IMG/VR virus record: IMGVR_UViG_3300029770_000021
DNA length: 40,540 nucleotides
From: a virus
Reading direction: 5' to 3' (one strand)
The translations under genes were made by a program, and so were the position numbers. Position 1 is the first letter of the stretch. Each line of letters starts with the position of its first letter. A model generated the notes under the pieces. That model made no database searches, had not been told where the DNA came from, and saw nothing but the letters and a program-made list of their open reading frames with translations. Positions 1 through 6,744 of the stretch are shown piece by piece.

Positions 1-99
1 CCGCTGCGGACTGTTCGTATTTGACTTCGGCAATCTCCGCGCGGCGTTGCTCCATTTCGCGAGATTGCTTAATGTATCGATCGGCTTTTTCGTTCACAC
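1..99. repeat. Terminal direct repeat, copy 1 (identical to 40442..40540)
   Basis: Bases 1-99 recur exactly at 40442-40540, implying a circular or circularly permuted unit of 40,441 bp. The repeat also duplicates the 5' end (GTG at 97..95) of minus-strand gene 40221..40538. Confidence 0.95.
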
Positions 100-120
100 G
101 ATCACCCCCTTCAATACTCC

Positions 121-149
121 ATTTTATCGCATGGATGCCGAAGGGGCAA
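121..149 (-). promoter_or_regulatory. Sigma70-like promoter for the minus-strand membrane-anchored gene
   Basis: On the minus strand: TTGCCC (149..144), 17-nt spacer, TAAAAT (126..121). It lies just upstream of SD GGGGGTGA and the GTG at 97 (= 40538). Confidence 0.45.
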
Positions 150-299
150 CACGAAGAAATGGTCTAAATGTTAAGGATGGAACAAGAACGCATAAAAAAT
201 GCCCCGTCCGGTGTTGCAGACCGGGCAGGGCGGCGGAACAAATCTTAGGCTCAGATATGTATCCTGTGGCTATTTTAGCACAGGGGAAAGGAAAAGGCA

Positions 300-452
300 A
301 TGGCGAAGAAACGAAAAATCGAATACCGGGTGATCTGGGTGTCTCCGCCTGACCCGGTGAAGATCATGACGGAGTTCGGCAAGATCTGGTCGAGGGAGCA
401 CGGCCTTGAGTTTGACGGTGTTTACACCAAAGAGGGGGACGTGAAGCAATGA
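300..452 (+). CDS. Small early protein (50 aa), unknown function
   Basis: ATG 300 is preceded by GGAAAAGG. Translation is MAKKRKIEYRVIWVSPPDPVKIMTEFGKIWSREHGLEFDGVYTKEGDVKQ. The stop overlaps the next ATG (ATGA). Below the ORF-track size cutoff. Confidence 0.45.
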   Translation: MAKKRKIEYRVIWVSPPDPVKIMTEFGKIWSREHGLEFDGVYTKEGDVKQ

Positions 453-556
453 ACTGGAATCTGTTCTTTATGATCGTCGGCGTGGCCTATGCGGCCACTT
501 GGGTATTCAAGGTTGTAGATTTCATCGAGGGAGGAAACCCGCATGAGAAAGCATGA
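449..556 (+). CDS. Small membrane protein (35 aa)
   Basis: SD GAGGGGGA lies 8 nt upstream. Translation MNWNLFFMIVGVAYAATWVFKVVDFIEGGNPHEKA has one hydrophobic helix. Start and stop are both coupled to neighbours. Confidence 0.4.
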   Translation: MNWNLFFMIVGVAYAATWVFKVVDFIEGGNPHEKA

Positions 557-665
557 ACGGCGCAGAGAGCAGCGGAAGGCGGACGCCTCCGCATGGATGG
601 GCTTTATGAGTTTTCTGGCCCTGCTGCTGATCACCATTGCGTATATGGTGGTGAGCGCGCGATGA
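543..665 (+). CDS. Small membrane protein (40 aa)
   Basis: SD GAGGGAGGAAA. Translation MRKHERRREQRKADASAWMGFMSFLALLLITIAYMVVSAR has a basic N-terminus plus a TM helix. ATGA coupling to the next gene. Confidence 0.4.
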   Translation: MRKHERRREQRKADASAWMGFMSFLALLLITIAYMVVSAR

Positions 666-862
666 ACAGAAAGAACCGGTATGAGTGCTTTCCACTTTCC
701 CTTTGCCCGGTGTGCGGCATGGACAGCGGTGAGCGGGTGCAGTCCACGGACGCACCGTTTAAGCACTATGTACGGTGTTCCACCTGCGGCGCTATCACAG
801 CGGGATACGCCCAGCAATCCAACGCCACGAAGGCGTGGAAGAGAGGGGATGCGTGGAAATGA
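662..862 (+). CDS. Lar-like zinc-ribbon protein (putative restriction alleviation)
   Basis: 66 aa with CPVCG...CSTCG and a C-terminal ATKAWKRG, resembling the Lar-family A.WNRR tail (compare 8872..9066). Confidence 0.55.
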   Translation: MNRKNRYECFPLSLCPVCGMDSGERVQSTDAPFKHYVRCSTCGAITAGYAQQSNATKAWKRGDAWK

Positions 863-1089
863 AAAGAAAGGTTTACCCGGTGTGCGAAAAATGTTCAACC
901 GTTATAAATCCGAAATTGCATGTGGACGTGGCTCCGGGATTCGTGGTCAACCGTGAAGTCTACTGCGCTCGATGCTTCAAGGATGATATGCAGGAGCAAC
1001 TGGAATGGTTGCTGAAAGAGCTTGATAAAGACCCGGAGGCGGTTGCAGAAGCAATGGGTATTGGGGTTATTGATATCCCGGAGGACTGA
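859..1089 (+). CDS. Zinc-ribbon protein, unknown function
   Basis: 76 aa, MKRKVYPVCEKC...YCARCF, acidic C-terminus. ATGA coupling and SD GAGAGGGGA. Confidence 0.55.
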   Translation: MKRKVYPVCEKCSTVINPKLHVDVAPGFVVNREVYCARCFKDDMQEQLEWLLKELDKDPEAVAEAMGIGVIDIPED

Positions 1090-1090
1090 T

Positions 1091-1306
1091 ATGACGCAGT
1101 GTGAAAAGATCCTGGCTTACTTGGATGAGCACGGAAGCATTACCACAATGGAGGGTATGAGCAAACTGCGCATCGCCAACTTTACGGCACGGATCTCCGA
1201 CCTGCGGAAGGCTGGCGTTGAGCTGACAAAGGAAACGGTCATCAAGAAAAACAAAGACGGCGAGACAATCGCCTATGAAGTTTACAGGAGGGCAAATGGG
1301 CAATAG
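1091..1306 (+). CDS. Small winged-helix/HTH DNA-binding protein
   Basis: 71 aa. MTQCEKILAYLDEHGSITTMEGMSKLRIANFTARISDLRKAGVEL matches the phage HTH pattern (GSIT...A.RISDLRK.G) by eye. Confidence 0.65.
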   Translation: MTQCEKILAYLDEHGSITTMEGMSKLRIANFTARISDLRKAGVELTKETVIKKNKDGETIAYEVYRRANGQ

Positions 1307-1505
1307 CTGTTTATTCTACACACGGGCGACCGTGGATATCAATTTCCCGGAGGGGCATGTGTGCTGCGCGCTGTGCCCTTTGCTGGAAACCTATTCTCGG
1401 CTCCAATGCCGGAGAACGGGCGAGTACCTGCTTGATTCAAAAGGGCGCGGGATGTATTGCCCGCTGAATTTGGAGGATGAACATGGAGAATCTGGGGATT
1501 TATGA
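1296..1505 (+). CDS. Cys-rich hypothetical protein
   Basis: AGGAGGG SD before ATG 1296. 69 aa with CCALCP...QC...YCP. Confidence 0.45.
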   Translation: MGNSCLFYTRATVDINFPEGHVCCALCPLLETYSRLQCRRTGEYLLDSKGRGMYCPLNLEDEHGESGDL

Positions 1506-2166
1506 GCGGGTTCGGCAGGTGCCGGAGGCCGCCAAGCGGGCCATTCAGGCGGGGCGGTTGAAGGGTAAGACCGATATCAACCCCATGTGGCGCATCAAGG
1601 TGCTGACGGAGCAGTTCGGCCCCTGCGGAATCGGCTGGAAGTATGTTATCACGGACAAGCGGTTGGAGCAGGGGGCCAACAACGAGGTTGCCGCATTTCT
1701 GGACATCGACCTGTTTGTCAAGGTAGACGGGGCGTGGTCGGAAGCTATCCCAGGCACCGGCGGCAGCGCCTTTGTAGCAAGCGAGCGGAACGGGCTGTAT
1801 ACCTCGGACGAATGCTTTAAGATGGCCCTCACGGACGCAATTTCCGTGGCCTGCAAGGCACTGGGCTTTGGCGCGGATGTGTACTGGGATAAGGACAGCA
1901 CCAAGTATGACCGCGGCGCAGAACCCCAGCAGTGGCCCCAGAAAGCGGCCATTCCGCCCCAGCAGAAGCCAGGATATAGATTACCTCCGCAGGGTGACGC
2001 TACCGTGATTTGTGAGCGCTGCGGCGGTCAGGTGATGGACTACTTTGATGGCAGAGCCACGGTGAAGGCGGCGCGTCTGGCGGCGAGAGCGAAGCAGCTG
2101 TACGGCTATGCGCTGTGTGAGAAATGCGTAGCCGAGGCCAAGAAGGCCAACGATGGAGCGGGTTAA
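1483..2166 (+). CDS. Putative single-strand annealing protein (Rad52/Sak-like) with C-terminal zinc ribbon
   Basis: GGAGG lies 6 nt before ATG 1483 (ATG 1477 has no spacer). Motifs: NPMWRIKVLTEQFGPCGIGWKY, TGGSAF, KMALTDAISVACKALGFGADVYW, then CERCGG...CEKC. It heads a recombination module ending in SSB. Confidence 0.55.
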   Translation: MENLGIYERVRQVPEAAKRAIQAGRLKGKTDINPMWRIKVLTEQFGPCGIGWKYVITDKRLEQGANNEVAAFLDIDLFVKVDGAWSEAIPGTGGSAFVASERNGLYTSDECFKMALTDAISVACKALGFGADVYWDKDSTKYDRGAEPQQWPQKAAIPPQQKPGYRLPPQGDATVICERCGGQVMDYFDGRATVKAARLAARAKQLYGYALCEKCVAEAKKANDGAG

Positions 2167-2680
2167 CGCTACGGCGTTCCGCTGGACGATGGATGCCGCC
2201 GGTGATTGGTTGTGCGTCCAGACCAATAAGGCGCGACAGGTGCTGGATGGACTGAAAGAGGGCAAATCCTATGACGTGGAGATTAAAGAACACCGGGAGA
2301 AGCGGAGCCTCGATTCCAACGCCTACGCATGGGTGCTGATTGACCGGCTGGCAGAGAAGCTGCACATACATAAAACCGAGGTCTACCGGAGATACATCCG
2401 GGAGATCGGCGGGAACAACGAGACGGTGTGCATCCCGGATAAAGGCGTAGAGAAGCTGCGGAGCGGTTGGGAGCATAACGGGCTTGGCTGGCAGACGGAC
2501 ACCATGCCCAGCAAGCTCCCCGGCTGCACAAACGTTGTGCTGTACTACGGTTCCAGCACCTACGATACCGCTCAGATGTCCCGGCTCATTGACCTGATCG
2601 TGCAGGACTGCAGGGAACAAGAGATCGAGACCCTGCCTCCGGACAAGCTGGCGGGGATGATGGAGGAATGGGGCCGATGA
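2153..2680 (+). CDS. NinB/Orf-like recombination mediator (putative)
   Basis: 175 aa. EHREKRSLDSNAYAWVLIDRLAEKL resembles the lambda NinB core ERNRSLDQNRKLWACLGDV. Sits between the SSAP-like gene and SSB. Confidence 0.4.
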   Translation: MERVNATAFRWTMDAAGDWLCVQTNKARQVLDGLKEGKSYDVEIKEHREKRSLDSNAYAWVLIDRLAEKLHIHKTEVYRRYIREIGGNNETVCIPDKGVEKLRSGWEHNGLGWQTDTMPSKLPGCTNVVLYYGSSTYDTAQMSRLIDLIVQDCREQEIETLPPDKLAGMMEEWGR

Positions 2681-2967
2681 GCAAGAGCATCATGCAAGAC
2701 CGCAGGGAGTGCTACCTGACCAGCTTTACAGAGCGGTTGGCAAAGCACCACGTCTACGGCGGCGGCAGACGGCAGCTATCCGAGAAATGGGGCTGCTGGG
2801 TGTATCTCCGTGCCGACTGGCACAACATGGCTGACTACGGCGTTCACGGCAAGAATGGCCACGAGCTGGATCTGCGCTTGAAGCGTGAGTGCCAGCAGCG
2901 GTTTGAGGAACTGTATGGCCATGAAAAATTCATGGAAGTTTTCAAGAAAAATTATTTGGGGGAATGA
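2677..2967 (+). CDS. Hypothetical protein (degenerate HNH/NinG-like His pattern)
   Basis: ATG 2677 overlaps the upstream stop (ATG 2668 is an alternative start). The KHHVYGGGRRQLSEKWGCWVYLRADWHN...VHGKNGH pattern is noted. Function is uncertain. Confidence 0.5.
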   Translation: MSKSIMQDRRECYLTSFTERLAKHHVYGGGRRQLSEKWGCWVYLRADWHNMADYGVHGKNGHELDLRLKRECQQRFEELYGHEKFMEVFKKNYLGE

Positions 2968-2969
2968 AT

Positions 2970-3371
2970 ATGCTGAACAAAATTATTGTGATGGGTCGGT
3001 TGACCAGAGACCCTGAATTGCGCCGCACCAACAGCGGCAACGCTGTAACCTCCTTCACCGTTGCGGTCGATCGGGATTTCAAAACCCAGTCCGGCGAGAA
3101 GGAAACGGATTTCATCGACGTGGTGGCATGGCGCAACACCGCTGAATTTGTAAGCAAGTACTTCTCTAAGGGCCGTATGGCCGTGGTGGAGGGTCGCCTG
3201 CAGCTCCGTGACTGGACGGACAAGGACGGCAACAAACGCCGCACCGCCGAGATCGTGGCCGACAGCGTGTACTTTGGCGATTCCAAGCGGGACGGCGGGG
3301 ACGCGGCGCAGAGCGAACCGCAGGGCGGTTTCAGTGAGATCGAGGATGATGAATTATCTTTGCCGTTTTAG
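2970..3371 (+). CDS. ssb: Single-stranded DNA-binding protein
   Basis: MLNKIIVMGRLTRDPELRRT..., an OB-fold consensus (FIDVVAWRNTAEF, GRLQLRDWTDKDG), and an acidic tail EDDELSLPF. GGGGGA lies 6 nt before ATG 2970 (ATG 2964 is an alternative). Confidence 0.93.
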   Translation: MLNKIIVMGRLTRDPELRRTNSGNAVTSFTVAVDRDFKTQSGEKETDFIDVVAWRNTAEFVSKYFSKGRMAVVEGRLQLRDWTDKDGNKRRTAEIVADSVYFGDSKRDGGDAAQSEPQGGFSEIEDDELSLPF

Positions 3372-3381
3372 GAGCAAGTAT

Positions 3382-3924
3382 ATGGAGCAATGGAGAAATA
3401 TCCCCGGATATGAGGGGATTTATCAGGCATCAAATATTGGGAGAATAAGAAGTTCTCCCAATAAAGTAACGTCAAACGCAAAATATACCCGTCGGGTATG
3501 GAAAACTCGTGTTTTGAAGCCAAAAGCCGAAGGGCGTGGGGATCTGCGAGTGTCCCTTTGGAAAGATGGGAAATGTAAAGATTTTCTCGTTGCCCGGCTT
3601 GTTGCTATGGCATGGTGCCAAGGATACGGCGAAAATATGACGGTTAATCATATTGATGGGAATTTCTTAAATAATGTTTCGACTAATTTAGAGTGGGTGA
3701 CAAGGGGTGAAAACGTTAGAAAAGGCTTTGAAATTGGGCTTTATTCAAATATTCAGAAACGCGTTCAGCTTTCTGGCGAAGATGGGGAAATCCTCTTATT
3801 TAATTCAATGGCAGGTGCATCTCGATATTTAGGAAGAAGCAATGGCTATTTATCAAATGCGATTATGAAAGGCCATATTGTTCGAGATTTGAGAGGGCAG
3901 ATTTTTTCCTCAACGTTAATTTAA
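3382..3924 (+). CDS. HNH homing endonuclease (NUMOD4 + HNH_3-like)
   Basis: WRNIPGYEGIYQASNIGRIRS (NUMOD4-like) and VNHIDGNFLNNVSTNLEWVTRGEN (HNH). The segment is visibly more AT-rich than its flanks. AGGAG lies 7 nt upstream. Confidence 0.85.
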   Translation: MEQWRNIPGYEGIYQASNIGRIRSSPNKVTSNAKYTRRVWKTRVLKPKAEGRGDLRVSLWKDGKCKDFLVARLVAMAWCQGYGENMTVNHIDGNFLNNVSTNLEWVTRGENVRKGFEIGLYSNIQKRVQLSGEDGEILLFNSMAGASRYLGRSNGYLSNAIMKGHIVRDLRGQIFSSTLI

Positions 3925-3936
3925 GGCGGTGGGCGA

Positions 3937-4698
3937 ATGCCGAACAGGATCATTAAGGATAGCATCAGGACGAGCAAAAGCATCAACGCAATGTCGGATT
4001 TCCAGTTCCGATTGTGGGCGTACCTGATTACCTACGTTGATGATTATGGGCGCGGAAGCGCAGACCCGGAATTGCTCAAAGGCTTTGTATTCCCCCGCAG
4101 AAAAGGTGTGACTGAGGGAACGATCAGTAAGACGCTTGCAGAATTGGCGACCATAGGCTCTGTGATCCTCTATGAAGTTGACGGAGAACCGTACCTATGT
4201 TTTCCAAACTGGAGCGAACACCAGACGGTGAGGAACAAAGTAAGCAAATTCCCGGCACCTGCTGACGGATTGATTACATCTGAAATCAATTGCAATCAAT
4301 TGCAAGCAGGTGAAAGCAAATGCGCCCGTAATCCAATCCAGAATCCAGAATCCAGAATCCAGAATCCAGAATCCAGAATCCAGAATCCAGAAGAAGTAGG
4401 CGGCGAGCCGCAAGCGGCATCCCCGCCGGTGGTTTCCATTCCGCTCAATGATGGCACTGAATATCCGGTATCTCAGGGGCAATGCCAGGAATGGGCAGGC
4501 GTGTACCCTGCTGTCGACGTGATACAGCAGTTGCGGAAGATGCGGGAATGGTGCCTGAATAACCCGGCGAAGCGGAAAACGGTGCGTGGAGTGCGCGGAT
4601 TCATTACCCGCTGGCTGGCGAAAGAACAAGATCGCGGTGGCCGTAAGGGCGCAAAAGGCCCCGGCAACAAATGCGAGGACGCTTGGGGGTATGTGTGA
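3937..4698 (+). CDS. Replisome organizer / replication initiator-like protein
   Basis: N-terminus IKDSIRTS..FQFRLWAYLITYVDDYGRGSADPELLKGFVFP...CFPNWSEHQ (DUF4373/DnaD-like pattern). C-terminus KRKTVRGVRGFITRWLAKEQ. Contains the 7-bp tandem repeat. Confidence 0.65.
   Translation: MPNRIIKDSIRTSKSINAMSDFQFRLWAYLITYVDDYGRGSADPELLKGFVFPRRKGVTEGTISKTLAELATIGSVILYEVDGEPYLCFPNWSEHQTVRNKVSKFPAPADGLITSEINCNQLQAGESKCARNPIQNPESRIQNPESRIQNPEEVGGEPQAASPPVVSIPLNDGTEYPVSQGQCQEWAGVYPAVDVIQQLRKMREWCLNNPAKRKTVRGVRGFITRWLAKEQDRGGRKGAKGPGNKCEDAWGYV
4335..4390 (+). repeat. Perfect tandem heptanucleotide repeat (AATCCAG)x8 inside the replisome-organizer CDS
   Basis: Eight exact copies from 4335 to 4390, plus a partial AATCC at 4330-4334. 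Read in frame it encodes IQNPESR repeats. Confidence 0.95.
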
Positions 4699-4952
4699 TG
4701 GCTGGAGATTTTAAGCTGGCCGAACTGATGCGCCCATGCCGGAGATGGAAGGCGGCAAGGACGCCGGAGGTGACGTACCAGTCTCAGCAGCTTTGTTGGG
4801 ACTGCGCTAATGTATACGGCGGCTGCGAGTGGTCGGCGCGGTTTGAGCCGGTCCCCGGATGGGATGCGATACCCACAACACGGACGGTCAGCGGGAAGTT
4901 TGTAGAGAAATCTTTCAGCGTCCGCGCCTGCCCAAAATTCAGGAGGGGATAG
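4698..4952 (+). CDS. Cys/Trp-rich hypothetical protein
   Basis: ATG 4698 overlaps the upstream TGA. GGGGG lies 7 nt upstream. 84 aa with CWDCANVYGGCEWS...PVPGWDA. Confidence 0.6.
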   Translation: MAGDFKLAELMRPCRRWKAARTPEVTYQSQQLCWDCANVYGGCEWSARFEPVPGWDAIPTTRTVSGKFVEKSFSVRACPKFRRG

Positions 4953-4976
4953 TGAAAAATATTTGGAAATAAGCGA

Positions 4977-5210
4977 TTGAAAGCGGAAATAGTCCGGCTG
5001 AGTTATCGTGTGGCAGAGCTGGAAGAGCGGCTTTGCCCATGCGAGCAGCATGACTGGAAACGCACCGGCGTTGATTACAGCTACGATGGAGCAGGCAGTT
5101 GTGATGCCATGTATAACTACAAGTGCGCAAGGTGCGGTAAAAAAATGCGCTCCTTCCAGCCGTACCTGGAATTGGATGGTGATCTGGGAAATGATGCGGA
5201 TCGTGGTTGA
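4977..5210 (+). CDS. Hypothetical coiled-coil + zinc-ribbon protein
   Basis: TTG start with a weak SD. 77 aa with LCPCEQHDW...KCARCGKK. Protein-like composition. Confidence 0.35.
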   Translation: MKAEIVRLSYRVAELEERLCPCEQHDWKRTGVDYSYDGAGSCDAMYNYKCARCGKKMRSFQPYLELDGDLGNDADRG

Positions 5211-5325
5211 TATTTACGGCGAGGACACGCAGGGCACAAAGGAGGCGGTGGCCATGCTGCTGGAGCCTCTGGGCCGCGTCCGCGTGGTCAGCGTCATTAC
5301 CAACGGCAAGGAGGAAAAGCGGTGA
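5191..5325 (+). CDS. Small hypothetical protein (44 aa)
   Basis: MMRIVVDIYGEDTQGTKEAVAMLLEPLGRVRVVSVITNGKEEKR. The 3' end overlaps the GTG of the methyltransferase. Weak SD. Confidence 0.3.
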   Translation: MMRIVVDIYGEDTQGTKEAVAMLLEPLGRVRVVSVITNGKEEKR

Positions 5326-6017
5326 ACGTAGCCTATAACATGGACTGCATGGAGTATATGCGGACGCTGCAGAACAAGGCGTTTGATCTGGCTGTGGTAG
5401 ACCCTCCATATTTCAGCGGGCCGGAGCGGCGCGGATATTATGGCTGCAAGGTCAGCAAAATCGGTGTGCACAGAGACTACCCCATATCGCCGAAGTGGGA
5501 TATTCCGACACGTGAATATTTCGATGAGTTGGAACGTGTCGCAAAGCGCTATATCGTTTGGGGTTGCAACTATTTCGACTATCACTTTGCGCCGGGGCGC
5601 ATTGTTTGGAACAAGTGCAACGAGGGCAGCTCCTTTAGCGATTGCGAGATCGCAGCCACAAACTGCCATGACAGCGTACGGCTTTTCCACTACATGTGGA
5701 ATGGAATGATGCAGGGCAAAAGCATCGCAGAGGGGTTTATCCAGCAAGGGAATAAGGCGATGAACGAGCAGCGCATTCATCCGACGCAGAAGCCTGTGGC
5801 GCTTTACGTGTGGTTGCTTCAGAAGTACGCCAAGCCCGGAGACAAGATACTGGACACCCACTTAGGCAGCGGCAGCAGCCGCATAGCCGCCTATGATCTT
5901 GGATTTGATTTTGCTGGATGCGAGATCGACCCTCACTATTTTCAGGCGCAGGAAAAGCGCTTTGCGGAACACACGGCGCAGATCAGTTTGTTCACTTGTG
6001 AGGAGGAAAAACGATGA
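5322..6017 (+). CDS. DNA N6-adenine/N4-cytosine methyltransferase (beta-class motif order)
   Basis: DPPY (VVDPPYFSG), then HPTQKPVALYVWLL and ILDTHLGSGSS. AAGGAGG lies 7 nt before GTG 5322. Confidence 0.9.
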   Translation: MNVAYNMDCMEYMRTLQNKAFDLAVVDPPYFSGPERRGYYGCKVSKIGVHRDYPISPKWDIPTREYFDELERVAKRYIVWGCNYFDYHFAPGRIVWNKCNEGSSFSDCEIAATNCHDSVRLFHYMWNGMMQGKSIAEGFIQQGNKAMNEQRIHPTQKPVALYVWLLQKYAKPGDKILDTHLGSGSSRIAAYDLGFDFAGCEIDPHYFQAQEKRFAEHTAQISLFTCEEEKR

Positions 6018-6421
6018 AGGTTACATTCACGGTCCCCGGTATTCCGGTGGGCAAGGGCCGCCCACGTTTTATGAAAAACGGCCACACCACACCCCGCAGA
6101 AAACGCGGGACTACGAGGACAAGGTGATCCAGTGCTGGAAGTGCCAAAGTGGGAAAGGTTTTGCGGCGGGTATCCCGCTGACGGCCGCCGTCACGGCGTT
6201 CTTCACGGTGCCCAAGAGCACGTCAAAGAAAAAGGCCGCTGCGATGGACGGAACACCCCACATTAAGCGACCCTGACGCCGACAACGTGGCGAAGGCCAT
6301 TCTGGACGCGTTGAACGGCCACGCCTACAACGATGACAGCGCAATCGCACTGCTGATGGTGCGAAAGTATCAGACAACTGGAGCCTCCCGCGTGGAGGTC
6401 ATCATTGAGGAGGCAGAATGA
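6014..6421 (+). pseudogene. rusA: RusA-like Holliday junction resolvase interrupted by two compensating frameshifts
   Basis: Frame 2 reads MKVTFTVPGIPVGKGRPRFMKNGHT to about 6088. Frame 1 reads TPQKTRDYEDKVIQCW...KKKAAAMDGTPHIKRP to 6273. Frame 2 resumes with DADNVAKAILDALNGHAYNDDSAIALLMVRKYQ...EEAE and a stop at 6419-6421. The joined sequence reads like an intact RusA. Confidence 0.8.
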
Positions 6422-6744
6422 TGGATGCTGTGGAGTTTTTGGAACAACTGAAAAAACGCAGTAAAAGCAACCCGGATTATTACGGTGAAGAACTTAATAT
6501 TGCACATATTGAACCTATATCACTCGTTAGTCAAGTCGAACAGTGGGCCGCAGAGCACCCCGTCAAAACCAGGCAGAGCGTGTTTTTGGAGATGTTTCCC
6601 AATGCACCAATATTTCCAGATACCGGGATCGTCAAAATGTCTCCTTGCGAAGTGGATGCAGTATTGCGTGGAAATTGCCCCGGCGTGGGATGTTGCCTGG
6701 AGTGCCGGAAGAAATTCTGGCTTACGGAGGTGGAGGACGCATGA
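6418..6744 (+). CDS. Hypothetical protein (Cys-rich C-terminus)
   Basis: 108 aa with TRQSVFLEMFPNAP...CPGVGCCLECRKKFW. Coupled at both ends. Confidence 0.65.
   Translation: MMDAVEFLEQLKKRSKSNPDYYGEELNIAHIEPISLVSQVEQWAAEHPVKTRQSVFLEMFPNAPIFPDTGIVKMSPCEVDAVLRGNCPGVGCCLECRKKFWLTEVEDA

Noticed and set aside
47-352. 101-aa plus-strand ORF at the start of the window
   Set aside because: It spans the divergent promoter region and a hairpin (about 207-240) and lacks an SD. It also overlaps the better-supported small gene at 300-452 in another frame.
4335-4390. The short tandem repeat considered as a possible CRISPR array
   Set aside because: The units are 7 bp with no spacers and lie inside a CDS, so this is not a CRISPR array.
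6543-6740. Upstream in-frame extension of the C5 methyltransferase ORF (track start 6543)
   Set aside because: The extension has no methyltransferase motifs and overlaps gene 6418-6744 in another frame. The strong SD sits directly before ATG 6741.
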